Origin: Epithemia pelagica
Lineage: Eukaryota > Protista > Bacillariophyta
Assembly (NCBI GenBank): GCA_946965045.2
Contig: OX337241.1
Span: 2,790,001-2,854,000, forward strand
Direction of reading: 5' to 3'
Length of the DNA: 64,000 nt
The notes under the pieces are model-generated. The model was not told the DNA's origin and searched no databases. It saw only the letters and a list, made by a program, of their open reading frames with translations. Position 1 is the stretch's first letter; every line of letters starts with the position of its first letter. Of the stretch, positions 22,276 to 34,531 are shown in pieces. The position numbers were made by a program, and so were the translations under genes.

Positions 22276-22705
22276 TAGAGATATCACGAGTTGAATACTC
22301 TATATCGTGCGTTGAGTGCGGCGTGCGCTGTAATTTTGGTCTCACTGGTTATGTGTTGGGAATTCAGTTTTATTGTAGTGTTCACCGTCTTAAACATATT
22401 TTCAAATTTCGGTTCAATTAAGTTTAAGAGTCCGCTCTCGATAAGTTTGTGTATTGCAGTAGAGTCCCAATATGCGAGATAAATCTGAAGGGATTTGTTA
22501 TGGTTGGTCTCTCCAAGCCCATCCAGACATCCAGACCGAATCTCTTCCACAATTTGGACGCGCATGGACGCGCATGGCGCATCTACACCTTCTGCCTTTT
22601 TTCAAGGAAGCGATAAGTGTGAGAGTGTGCACCTCTATTTTGTGATTGTTCCAGTAAGTTCCAACTTCCAACTCCTCTCATTTCCTCCCATTTGTATGGT
22701 CCAGC

Positions 22706-23719
22706 ATGGTGCTCCTCTTCTTCTCCCCCCTTGCTACGGACAATGTTGTTGAGATCATGCCGGTGAAAACGTCAACGAGCCCAGTTTCCACTTGCTCTTC
22801 CTGCAGCTCTTCCTCTTCTGTTTCCTCCTCGTGCTCCGATTGTTGGAACGAGCCTCGATTGTCGAGCCACAAGCCAAAGGCTCATCGTGGAAACCGACCT
22901 TCCCGTTGGAGGTCGGTTCGCTTTGATCCGCTTCCTTCTATTCTTACTGATGAAGACAGCATCTCCACAAGACGTCAAGATTCCTCTCTGGCACAGGAAG
23001 TACCCACAAACGTTTTGTGGTATCTCCAAGAAGACTATGCGAGATTCAAGAGCGAGCTTGTTGATGATGCCAAGGAGATTTTGAGGCGATCCAAACGTCT
23101 TCGTTCTCGCACAACATCTTGTGCCAGAGACGAAATCGAAGAGCAACACCTGGCAAAAGCGCAGGCATCAGTAGCATGGAGATCACGCTTTTGTTCCATA
23201 AGAAATGTGTTGGATGATATCTTGTTGACAACAACAGGATCTTCTGGCTCCGAATACAGTGACCAGGATGATAATGATGAAAGTCCAGACAAGGTGCACA
23301 TGAATCATGGCGGTCCGAGCCATAAGGAGCATGACTGGCAGCAAAAAAGTTCCCTCCCGCCTTGTTGGTCCTATACTTTGACAGATTGTCTAGACGAACT
23401 CATTGGACTCGAACGGATTGTTTTCAAGAACCTGCGTCAAGACAAGCGTTGCCGTCGGGACCGTCTCTATACAGCACTCGCTTCGATTCAGGGCTCTCCA
23501 ACATCCTTGCCCTACTGTGGTGGCACAGACGACGATCAAAAGGTGCGGGCCGTTCAATTGCTTTCAGAATGCGACGGCGAATTCAAAGCCAGTTTGATTC
23601 AGAGCGTCTCGGAACGCATGAGTCGCCCATCTCGAGTCATGGCGCAATATTTGGCCGAGCTGGTGGCCGACGAATCGGCGTCCATCTACGAGCAAGGAAA
23701 TGCTCGAAAAAAGCAATAG
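22706..23719 (+). CDS. Diatom orphan family protein, member 2
   Basis: RSVRFDP, LWYLQEDYARFKSELVDDAK, LIGLER and SERMSRPSRVMAQYLA. Confidence 0.75.
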   Translation: MVLLFFSPLATDNVVEIMPVKTSTSPVSTCSSCSSSSSVSSSCSDCWNEPRLSSHKPKAHRGNRPSRWRSVRFDPLPSILTDEDSISTRRQDSSLAQEVPTNVLWYLQEDYARFKSELVDDAKEILRRSKRLRSRTTSCARDEIEEQHLAKAQASVAWRSRFCSIRNVLDDILLTTTGSSGSEYSDQDDNDESPDKVHMNHGGPSHKEHDWQQKSSLPPCWSYTLTDCLDELIGLERIVFKNLRQDKRCRRDRLYTALASIQGSPTSLPYCGGTDDDQKVRAVQLLSECDGEFKASLIQSVSERMSRPSRVMAQYLAELVADESASIYEQGNARKKQ

Positions 23720-24158
23720 CCACACTCTTTGTCGTATGATTCCAATGTAGATATTCTTCCTGTACTATAATGTTCAAAGAACGGTTGTTGTTGTCGAAGA
23801 AGAATTTTGAGTAGGAGTATTAGCCAAATAATGCCATCATAACATAGCTGGGGTAGTCCCACGATGTGTGGTTTCGGTCGCGTTAATACGGCACACTACC
23901 CGGACACGTCAACAAACAGGTAGAAAATATTTTATGGCACTATCTAGGGACCTTATCGCCGATGGTTGTAATCAGCATTGTCACCGTTGATGGAATGATA
24001 TGGAGTGCAACTTTCCCTTGTCGTGCATGTTGTTGTGCAAGAGATTTCAAATGTAGCAAGTACAGAAACGTGGTCGTGTTTCACTTTTTTGTAGACATTT
24101 AGAGCATACCGAGCAACTCGGTTGTTTTTTTCCTGTTGTTGTGATTGTTTGACTTTTA

Positions 24159-25632
24159 CTACAACAGAAAGAGCATGAGGGAGAGGGCCATGATTCCCAT
24201 GCCTCCAATAAAGCAATACGTAACGACGGAATCGTCCGGATCGTATCGGTGAGCGGTGGGTAGTAGTTCTCGAACACTAATAATCACCATCATACCGGCC
24301 ACCATTCCAAACAAGAGGGCATAAAGTTGATTGGAAAAGGATTGAGCGAGCACGATCCATCCAAACAGGCCGGCAATGGGTTCGGCAATCCCGGACAAAC
24401 AGGCCCAGCCAAAGGCTTTCCATTTGTTGCCCGTGGCGTAATAAATGGGCATGGCCACACACAGGCCTTCGGGAATGTTGTGAATCGCAATCGCAATGGC
24501 CAAGACGGCACCCACCTTGGGATCGTCCAGGGCTGCCACAAAGGTGGCCAACCCTTCGGGAAAATTGTGCAGTCCAATAGCCAGAGCAGTGTTGAGCGAC
24601 ATGACCATTAATTTCCGATTGTTCTTGGAAACTGTTCCACCTTCCTCATCTTGGTCATCCTCATCATCATCCTCTAGTTCGTCTTGTAGGTCTTTGTTGT
24701 TGTCGTCGTCCTCATTGATTCTGGTAGTAGTAGCACTACTATTCTTGACTGCTGCAGCCGTACCCGATTCGGCCGCAATTTCTTCCTTGTGTTCCTCTGG
24801 TTCCTCATTGTCGCCAATGTTGTGTTCCTGGTTCTCGGGTCGATTGGTCTGTCGTTGTGGTTGTGGTTGTTGGACAGAAGGAGGAGGGTGGGGTCGATCG
24901 GGATGTGCCTTCATGGATTCGGCCATGTGTTGCAATGTATCCAGGGTTTCGGCGGGATGATCGTCATGACAAATACAACCCGGTGGAATCGTCTCCGTGG
25001 TTACAGTAGCAGCAGGATGATCCTCCTCGTTGTCGTCGCCTTGCGGTTCATCGTGCAAGGAATCGACATCGACTTTGGAATTGGTTGTATTGGCTCGTGT
25101 CGTGCTTCGTCCCACAACATCTTCCGTCTGATGGTGATGATGATGATGATGACCGCCCAACAAGGTTGTTACCAAGTAATTGAGCGCCTGCTCCACAAGG
25201 ACAACAACACAATCATGATTCATGAGAAGAACCACCACAAAAGGAGGCTCGAAACACAACAAGGTACAGCTCCATCCAATCCTCCAACCGCTCTCTTTCT
25301 CTAACCCACAAATACACAATCACGAGAAACCACAAGGCACGTACCACCATGGCCACGACACCGGCAAAGAAGCAGAGCGTCATGTACAATTTGGCTTGAT
25401 CTTCACTAAAGTTGGCATCTTGGAAGGATTCGAGCGATTTGAGCAAAATTTCGGCAAAGGACACATAGACCATGACGCCGGCGGAAAGGCCCAAGGCACC
25501 CGCCAAGGTTTTCCGACTGGCAAATTTCACCAGCGATGGAAAAAAGACCACCGAGGCTCCCACACTAGTGGCGGCACCGGCACCAATCACCAAGGCCATG
25601 GCCACGCCGACATTGTCGTCTTGAGAAACCAT
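24159..25632 (-). CDS. ZIP-family (ZupT-like) zinc/iron transporter; exons 25632-25345 and 25187-24159
   Basis: LGLSAGVMVYVSFAEI in exon 1; gtacgt donor 25344 and cag acceptor 25188; TM4/TM5 signatures IGLHNFPEGLATF and AIHNIPEGLCVAMP; His- and acid-rich cytoplasmic loop. Confidence 0.93.
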
Positions 25633-26782
25633 TATAGAGAAAGATCAATCCTGATGATGGTGCTATGTAGTATCCACTTTCGTTTGGTTGTTCTTCTCTT
25701 GAAGATGGAGCAGCAGACCTGAGCCAAAAGAGTTCAACGCAGGGACAAGAGATGATCGCCTCCCAAAAAATGCTCATGAATGTCGATCTTTGGCTCGGAA
25801 AGATCCCCTCCCCCACCGACATCAACACCGTTCGTGTCGATGCGTCATGTTGCGTCGGCATTCGCGGTATGTCGTCCCCACAACAGTATCTTTCGTACCC
25901 CCACGTTCCTCAAAGCGCGACCATTTTCGGTCGCACTCTATCCATGCTATGCCGTGGCCGGTGGTTGATCCATCTCTTTTTTTTAGCAGAAGGAGTCTAT
26001 TGCCATTATGGATGGACGAATCTCTGTCGCCAATGATTCTTTGGGAAGCAACGGAAGAAAGAATAGGTCATACGAATGGGGGAGATACCTTGCATCGTTT
26101 CTTCCGTTTCTAGCTAGCTACGTAGCTCACTTGCTTGCTGCTCTTCCTCCAGTGTGATCACCAGGGTTTTCCAGACACACGAACACTGTTCCCACCACGG
26201 ACAAGAAGGGGAAGGATATTGGGTTTCCATTGTGAATGGACAAGGGGATGGGTCTGCTTTTACCGTTGGATTGACCAGAATCCACCCTGGGTTCTCGTAT
26301 TATTTGCCCCATCTTTATTCTGGTTGGTCAACGCTTGTTCCAGGAAAGGATGGTTCTCTGCAATTGTGGAATGGATTCCAGGAATCAAGCCTATAATACG
26401 GTTATCCTCCAACCAAAGAGGTCTCTACGTCCAGAACTGGAACTGGGAGATCTACCTCTACTACCACTACGAGTAGATGGTGACGGGTGACGCTGAGACT
26501 TGTAGAGTTTCGGGATTTCGGGGTGGGACTGTTCCAGTCATGGTCATTGAGACCCAATCAACTTGCTGCCCATAACAGTCATATACCCAACCACTATTTT
26601 TGGGCAATGAGAATCTAGCCCAACCAAAACTGACACGAAGCAAAGGACCACCAGTCCCCGCACGCCGTCAATCATTTTTTTGGGTTCCTCTCTCTTTGTT
26701 GTCGTTGTCAACCACGCTCCTTTCCATAGATCCTTGTGTCCTCCGTTTCGATACAGAGTATCACCCATCATTCATCATCATC

Positions 26783-28331
26783 ATGTATCAACGACCACAG
26801 ACGAACCGCAACAACAAACAATTGAATTCGGTCGATGCCAATTCGGCCTATTTTACGCATATTGAACCACCACCGCATGGCGGCACCACCAATATGGGCG
26901 GCTATCAGTACAACAACCAATATGGCTATGGCGGGGGACGATACAATGGTGCAGGTAGCGTCCAATCCTCAACCTCTCCGTCGCCCACCTCATCCTTTAC
27001 CAAACCCACCGCGTACGGACATGCCGCAGCACCTCCACCACCCCCCGCAGCGCAAACGCAGTATTCGGCCGATTTGACCAAGCCATCTCGTCATCGTCCC
27101 GGACGGGCCAATCCTAACACTGGCGGCGGTTGCTTGTCGTTTCTGGGTGCGACCGTCTTGTTGGTTGTCTGGACGGCCGTCCTGGCCGGTGGTGGTTACG
27201 TGTGGTACACGCAGCAGGCCGTGCCCGACTTGCAACGAGAAACCAAACATTGGCAACGCAAATTTGAAACCATGGAAGAATTGAATCAAGAATTGGAATT
27301 GGCCCAATCCAAGCATCAGCAACAACAACCGCAACAATTGCAACAAATTCAAGAATTGGAACGACAATTGCGCGTGTCGACGCAGCAAGAAGGTGGCGCC
27401 CGGCATCAAGTGCAACAATTGCAACAACGATTGCAACAAGCACAACAAGAGAGTCGCGACTTGGAACGGTCCATGCAAGCGGTCCAAAAAGAAGGGGCCG
27501 AACAAGTCACGAAATTGCACAAGGCCATTCAAACGCAATCCAAACAGTTGGTCTTGCAAAAGTACGTGTTTTTCGTGCGACATTGTATTCGCTATTGTTG
27601 TCCTTGTCCTTGTCGGTCCTCGGTTCTAGCATTTCTTGCTTCACATTTGTTCATTCGTTGTGTGAACTTGTTGTTCTCACACACGCTTGTTCTTTTTTGA
27701 TACTACACACTACAGATTCGGCAAGGGTCCGTACCGGGTCGAATTTGAAGTCCAATTCCCCCAAGACGACCATCCCCTCTACTTTTTGATTGAATTGGCC
27801 CCCCTCGATGTCATGCCCCATACCGTGCACTTGTTTTTGGAACAAGTCACGTCGCAATTGTTTGACAATGGCGGTTTTAGTTTTCATCACAATGGGGGAC
27901 ACATTTTGTTTGGATCGCCCTTTCCCAATCTCTTGACCAATTCCCGGCAAGACTTGGAGAATCGCAAAACCATGGAACATTCCCAAGAATACCTGACGAG
28001 ACGCTTTCATCAACAAGGTCATGCGCAATTGCTCTTTCCAGAATATTCGCCCGACTACACGCACAAGCAATATACCGTAGCCTTTGCCGGTCGACCGGGC
28101 GGACCCGACCTGTACATTAATACCGTCGACAATGTCCAATTGCATGGACCGGGTGGATACGCGCAAGATGGATTGGGCGATGCCTGCTTTGGCAAGGTTG
28201 TCACGGGCGTTGATGTCATTCAACGGATGCACGCCAGTAGCAAGGGCAAGTTGAATCGGGATAGTTGGTTGGAAATGGAACATGGACCCATTGCCGTCAA
28301 GTCGGCCAAGTTGCTTTCGCAAAAGAAGTAG
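26783..28331 (+). CDS. TM + coiled-coil + cyclophilin-like (PPIase-fold) protein; intron 27562-27715
   Basis: TM LGATVLLVVWTAVLAGGGYVWY, Q-rich coiled coil; spliced junction VLQKFGKGPYRVEF; APLDVMPHTVHLFL, YTVAFAGRPGGPDLYINTVDN and CFGKVVTG match a divergent cyclophilin fold. Confidence 0.8.
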
Positions 28332-28967
28332 ATAGGAGTCTTTTGGTTGACAGAAAGAAGCAACACGAATACAAGAAATCCAACCATGGCCAGTTATTTA
28401 TAGCGTCGTGGAGAGAGATATCCCTGGAGCGCAAAATGGACACGAATTATACAAGTAGTAGTAGTACATACAGGTATCTAAGAGGACCAGAGTACAACAT
28501 CGACACTGTAGACACGAACGAATCGTAGACTGGAAGGAAATCTGAAATGGACAAGAATGCTCTCTACTAGCTCGACGACACTCAAAGTTAAGGGACATCT
28601 CTACAAGTGAGGTCTCGTGTAGAGAAGTCAGGGAGGAGAGAAGAGTCCAAGAAGGTACGCAAGCTATTTATTAGAATGCAAATGTTCGGGAAAGGACTAC
28701 ATACGAGTATGTTGGTTGACTTCTCATCCAACCAACGGGGCCAAACCAGCAGAGGAGGACCACAGTTCCTATCGACGAGTTCCTGGTGCACGCGCGCCAC
28801 TCGTCGACCTCGTAAGTGTGACATGGACCTTGGAAGAATCCTGTCAAACACCCTGTCGAACACCCTCCCGTCCTTGGACATTTAAGAGAGAGACCATGGC
28901 AGGCATCGCCGCGTCGCAGGAATAAGTACCTCTATTCGTCGTCGTAGTTGTTTTGCCAACCAGTTCG

Positions 28968-30849
28968 TCACGAGACGGCTGGATGGATCGTAGTAGTGTC
29001 GTTGTCATCGCCGTTGTCGTTCTGTTGCTGCGGTGGTATCTGTTGTTGTGCCAAGGTCCACAAGGATTGCAATCGTTCGTGTTCGGCTTGGAGCATGGCA
29101 TGTTCGTGTTTCAACTGCTGCGACTCGGTCGTCAAGGCGAGGAATTCTTGTCGTTTTCGTTCTCGTTTGCGACGGGATTGAATGACATTGGTGGCCCGTT
29201 TCTTGGACAAGCGTCGTTCTTCTTCTTCCTCTTCTTGAGCACTGGATTGTTGTTGTTGTTGCTGCTGGATTGTTGCATGGCTGCCGGTGCAACTCTTAGA
29301 AGTACCCGTTTCGTCGTCGTCCGACTTCGTGCGTTTCGGACTCTTGGTACTATTCCTGTCGTTGGTTCGTTGTTGTTGTTGTTGTTGTTTCTTTTTGGTT
29401 TGTTGTTTCCGTTTGTTCTTGGCCGCTTGCAGCAAGGTCCATTTGTACTCCTGTCGTTCTTGCAAAGCCCGTTTGCGACACCAATTGAGACATTCGCAAA
29501 AGTTCCACGTCCCTCCAAAGGTCTGAGGAATGCCAGATCGGGTCAAGTGCAATTCCGATTCCAACACGTGCAACAATTCCCCCTCGCTCCGTTCAAAATG
29601 AACGTGCATGTCCGTGCCAAAATTCAATCCCCCCACTTGCACGAGATTTTGCACATAGGAGGAAATCAAATCTTGCACCTTGTATTGTTTGACCAGGGCG
29701 GCCGAAGAAGAAGAAGACGAGGATGTGGATGTAGTGGTGGTGGTTGTCCGGGGCGACGACCACGAAGATACGGTCGATGGTGCTGGTTTGGGTGGAAAGT
29801 TGAGCAAATGCCATTGGGCCTTGACGGGCATGGCATGCAGGACCAATTCAAAGGCTTTGCGGACAAAGGGATAATCGACTTGTTGAACGCGGGGTGTCAC
29901 GAGCAAGATAACGACCAAAATGCCCTCAACTTGAGCCCGTTCGTCTTGGGCCAAGAGTCGCATGAGATAAAAGACGGTCCGCAACCGATTGTCCGCCCCC
30001 AGCGACGGGACAAATTGCCGGCGATCGCAATAGGCCACGGCTTGACCCGTGGTCGTGGGTGGCAACAAGGCGGGGAAACCCGCTTGCAGAGATAAGATAT
30101 CATCCTTGCTCAAGGCGCCATCGCCCGTGAGCGTCAATGGCAAAAAGGCGCGATCGGGTCCAAACAGAGCCACTCGTTCAAGCACAATCGTTGCGCGGCT
30201 TGCCAAATATTGTAATCGCACCGACGCAAAAAGGGCAAGGGATCCGTCTCGGATTCCAATAGGTAAGGAGCCTTTTCGCAAGCCTCCAAATAGGCTTGCT
30301 TTTGTTCCAAGGGCAATAATTAAATGGCCTATAACATAATATAATAATAAGAAGAAGAATGGAGGAATGGCACCAAGCGAGTGAGAATGGCATGTTTCCA
30401 ATCCAAAACAAAGAGTCCCCACCAAACCACAACCATAACAACAACAACAAGAAGAAGGAAGCAGCAACACTTACATCCTCCATGTGTTTTCGAGCTCGGA
30501 CACGAAGTTCGGTCAATTGGGCACGATGATTGTCGGACAAGAGGGAAGAAGAGGTAGAAGACGTTTGTTCCGGTGGTGACTCCTGGAGCATGGGCGGTGT
30601 TTGAGATGGTAGTGGTTGGTGTTGCAGCGGCTCGAATGCCGCTGCTCCTTGTGGTGGTGGTGGTTGTGGAGGAACACCACCTCCGGCGGCAGTCGCCACC
30701 GCCACAGGATCAGTGCTTGTCGCTCGTAGTGTCTGTGGTTGATTCCACGACGACAAGCGTTCGGGTGGACAGGGAGCCATTCTTGGAACCATGGGTGGTT
30801 GTCCCGAGTGGCTGCTGTTGGACAATGACGACATGGCCAAGGGGTTCAT
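28968..30849 (-). pseudogene. CRAL-TRIO-like domain + C-terminal bZIP protein, disrupted
   Basis: Intron 30474-30329 joins ...MED|AI*LLPLEQKQAYLEA (TAA 30322-30320). A frameshift near 30178 separates AAQRLCL from ERVALFGPDRAFLPL. Intact bZIP KKRATNVIQSRRKRERKRQEFLALTTESQQLKHEHAMLQAEHERLQ. Confidence 0.75.
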
Positions 30850-31334
30850 GGGGAAAATCCGGATTCCTGCCTGGTTGTCGTTGTCGTGGTTGTAATTCTG
30901 TTGTTTCGTTTGTGGGGTTGCGTCGTTGTGTCTCGCGTTGTTTGTGGTTTGTGTTGTTGTGTTGTGTTTACACCGATTCGGATTCGGATTGGTATCGCAA
31001 GGTGCTGGTTGTGACGTTTCTTGTGTCCTCTTGTTGTGGGCGGATCGTCTTTCTTGGGCGTCGCCTCTTGGGTTACTGTTCGGCTTGGGAATTGAGACAA
31101 CTCAGAAATAATCCCACACCACACCAGTGTATAGACAATGATTGGGTATTCCTTCTCTTCGCTCGATCCTCCAAAGTAAGTGGTCTCAGCCAAGTAGTAA
31201 CCTTATTCGTGGTACCCCTCGTCTTCTGGCTTGCCGTGGAGAGTGTGGATCGTTATCGATGGAGGATGGGGATGGGGTCGTCCTCCTGTGCAGTTTTGGA
31301 GGAACGTCCTACACAAGAATCGACGGGAAGGCGA

Positions 31335-31360
31335 TATGTGACGTGTCATGACGTGACTTG
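31335..31360. promoter_or_regulatory. Paired TGACGT motifs upstream of the bZIP gene
   Basis: tgtgacgtgtcatgacgtgac, about 500 bp upstream of ATG 30849. Confidence 0.4.
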
Positions 31361-32487
31361 GTTTGACGCACTGCCGAATGCGACGCTACTTTCGCGTACA
31401 AAAGGGGTAGCTGGATCTCCTCTCTTCGTTTGTTCTCCGAGAGGTGAACTGTCCTTGCGATTATTATGAGGAGTATTTGTTCCACATACACACGACATTC
31501 CGCATTCCTCCTCTCGACACAGTACCAGTAGGATAGAAATGGTTTGTCATGTGCCGGTGGAACAAGAGATCGATAGAAAACGACATCATCATCTCTACGG
31601 AAGTCTCCAACCAACCGTATCGTGTCATCTTCATCCTCCTGCTAGTATCATTCCTCCATGGACGGTTGTGGCAGCACCCAATACTGTCCAAAGAATCAAA
31701 CAGGCCCATTTCCCCGGTTCAATCTCTCATCTACTCCAAGCTAGAGGTGTACCATTACCCACTTCACACATTGGTACTGGAGGTGACTTTTCGAAAAGTC
31801 ACATGTCGACTGAATGTGACGCCTCTCGACCGTCAGTCCATTGTGGCACTGGTTCGATCATGACGCCCGACTACAGTCTTTCGACTGTAAAAGAAACAGT
31901 TGATATGTCTCGGACAAGAGTCTCTCGAGAGCTCTCTCGAGAGTTCCAACACGAAACGCTGGATTGGAAGGATCCCCGTCGAACCATCAAGAATCAAGCC
32001 CACCAGTAAGCTTAGAATTTACTTCTCAGAAAACCACGAACACTCTGTACTCTGTCTTCTTCCGAAAGACTTCCTTTTCCTTCTGGCGATCCACATAATG
32101 CTTCATTTTTGGTTTTCTAAGTACATCGAATCCATAATAAGATCGGGAGTAGTAAAATATCCAGTCCCTAGCGAAAGTGATTTTGGGGGTTAATTTTCAG
32201 TGAACCAGAAAATTAAACCCTCTTAGCCACACCCGCTAGGGCGTTTCCAAAGAGCGACCGCATGTTCCAATGAGCATGGCACATCCGAGGCGGGCGGACC
32301 GCACGAAGGTGGCTTAGACGTGCACAAAACCAGGAATCCACAATCAGGGCAAACGGATGGAAAAGGAATCCACGACAACGACACAACAACAACAACCGAG
32401 AGCACGTGGGAGGGAGAGACAGAAAGAGAAACGCAATCCAAGGGTATACACTCGCACCCTTCTTGCTGCAACACAACGCAATACGCA

Positions 32488-33825
32488 ATGCCAGTGGCAT
32501 TCAATTTTGTGGCGTCTCTCTCCTCGTCGTCGTCGTGGTTGTCGTCGTCCTTGCCAAAGAATGACACGCCGAATGGGAGGCACGACCATGACACCCACAA
32601 CGACCGAGAGGATTCTTCTTCTTCTTTTTGTCTGGAGAATGATGGTGGGCAACAAACCTGTCCCATTTGTTGCTTGCCGGTATGGGGACAGGCTTCGCCC
32701 TTTTTCGGTGTGGACCACAACCACCAGAGGAACCACCAGAAGAAGAAGAAGAAGGACAATGTTTCGGAACGTTGTCGCATGGCAGCCTATGCCCCGTGTG
32801 GTCATGTCTTGCATCTAGCCTGTGCACAGGCCTGGCAACGACATTGCGAACAACAACAACAACAATCTTCTAGACGACAACGACACCGACAAGCACAACC
32901 AACCGCCACCACCATCACCAAGTGCCCCGTGTGTCAAACGACCGTTTACGATCTCATTCCCCTCTTTCTCGAGGCTCCTCCTTTGCTAGAACAGAAGGAG
33001 AAGAACACAAACCATGAAATCAGCACCACCACAAGCAGCAGCAGCAGCAGCAGCAGCACCGAGCAACGACCACAAACGCCACCACCACAAGCTTTGTGGA
33101 CCCGCGACAACCAAGCGGTGCAATACCAACGATTCCAACCATGGCAATCAGCACCACCACAATCACAACCACAACCACAAGAGGAATTTCTTCGTGGCTC
33201 TTTGCCGCCACGACGACAAGTCCAACGACGACAAGGACCCTTTTTTCTGGGAATGGGTCTTGCCGTTCTTTTGGTGGCCACACTTGTCTGGACTGGTCTG
33301 CCACCCACAATCCTCTACCCATTGAAACAACCACCACAACAACCACAACAACCACAACCACCACAAGACCGTCCTCATGATTCCGCCTTGTCGTCCTTCT
33401 TCTTTGTGTGGCATTCGCGCCGGATGCAAGGTGACACCAAGTGGGGGAGGTCCGACCGGTCCGGTTCATCCTCCTCATTTCCCAATCCACAAAAGAACAA
33501 GAACAACAACAACAAGAAGAAGAACAACAACAAGAGGGTGATGCCCCGTTCGTCTTTGGATGCTGCTTGGAGCTTCTTTGGTTTCTCATGGGGCGCTCCA
33601 CCAGAATCCCAATCACCAGACTCCACAACAGTCGTTTCATCCACCATCGCCACACCACCACCGCTCCAATGGTGGGTTCCAATCCTGCAAGGGTGTACAC
33701 GGGTCCTTTCCAGAGGTTGGTGGGGTTTGATTCAAGGACTTCAAACCCTGAGTGTACTGGTACTGATTCAACCCCTCTACTATTTGTTGCGATTCCTGGG
33801 TGGTTCGTGCGACGACACCTCGTAA
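32488..33825 (+). CDS. RING-finger protein (probable membrane-bound E3 ligase)
   Basis: CPIC...PCGHVLHLAC...CPVC; hydrophobic segments FFLGMGLAVLLVATLVWTGL and LSVLVLIQPLYYLL. ATG 32488 lies within track ORF 32320..33825. Confidence 0.8.
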   Translation: MPVAFNFVASLSSSSSWLSSSLPKNDTPNGRHDHDTHNDREDSSSSFCLENDGGQQTCPICCLPVWGQASPFFGVDHNHQRNHQKKKKKDNVSERCRMAAYAPCGHVLHLACAQAWQRHCEQQQQQSSRRQRHRQAQPTATTITKCPVCQTTVYDLIPLFLEAPPLLEQKEKNTNHEISTTTSSSSSSSSTEQRPQTPPPQALWTRDNQAVQYQRFQPWQSAPPQSQPQPQEEFLRGSLPPRRQVQRRQGPFFLGMGLAVLLVATLVWTGLPPTILYPLKQPPQQPQQPQPPQDRPHDSALSSFFFVWHSRRMQGDTKWGRSDRSGSSSSFPNPQKNKNNNNKKKNNNKRVMPRSSLDAAWSFFGFSWGAPPESQSPDSTTVVSSTIATPPPLQWWVPILQGCTRVLSRGWWGLIQGLQTLSVLVLIQPLYYLLRFLGGSCDDTS

Positions 33826-34531
33826 GTACTCCTACTAGTAGGTATATAGAGTAGAAATCCTTCTCCCGCGGATGTCTTTGAACCATGAAAAACAAAGAGG
33901 ATTTAGAGCTCGACAATTCCCTTGTCCCAGTCTGGAACACCACCAACAACAAGAAGAAGAGCACGTTCCAAACTGTGTGAAACGAACCATTGCGGCTCAC
34001 CAAGAGTACCGGCATGGCCACAAGTGTGTGTGAAACACGGAATCATTCCTCCTAAACAGTGTAGGATAAAAAACTCTCTCTATTGCTACGACTACGAAAG
34101 AGAAAACGTGTAGGATGAAAAACTCTATTACTCATTCATACGAAATGGAAAATGTGTGGGGGTGGGCGGTGTGCTCTATCAGTGTATAGCCCAGTGACAC
34201 CACAGGGAAGCATGATGTATGGGTCTTTGTGTGTCTGTGGGATGGATAAGAAGAAGAAGAAGAAGAAGAAGGCCATGCGATGCACAACCCAAACAACAAC
34301 AACAGAAAACCAAGGTCAAAATGGCTTGCTTCGAAGGAGATGGAGTGCCGTTCCCGCACACTATAGGCGGGAAAAAGTCATTTATGCGCGCATGCCATTG
34401 GTGCGCTCCTGTGTGAAAGCAAGGGTCTCTTTTCTCTCGGTTGGTGGGAGGAGCATGGCGATGCGGCGCATGTGTGTGTAGGTGTGTACTTGTGTGTGGT
34501 GGTGGTGGTGAGACACATCGGAATTGGCTCA

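Noticed and set aside
22284-22565. 93-aa AT-rich ORF next to the GTAC array
   Set aside because: Could be a transposase scrap but has no diagnostic residues.
25750-26480. Small ORFs between the ZIP and cyclophilin-like genes
   Set aside because: Short, interrupted and unrecognisable; probably promoter DNA or debris.
31870-31945. Hairpin tacagtc-tttc-gactgta and doubled palindrome ctctcgagag
   Set aside because: Considered as a Helitron 3' end, but there is no CTRR terminus at the expected distance and no Rep/helicase.
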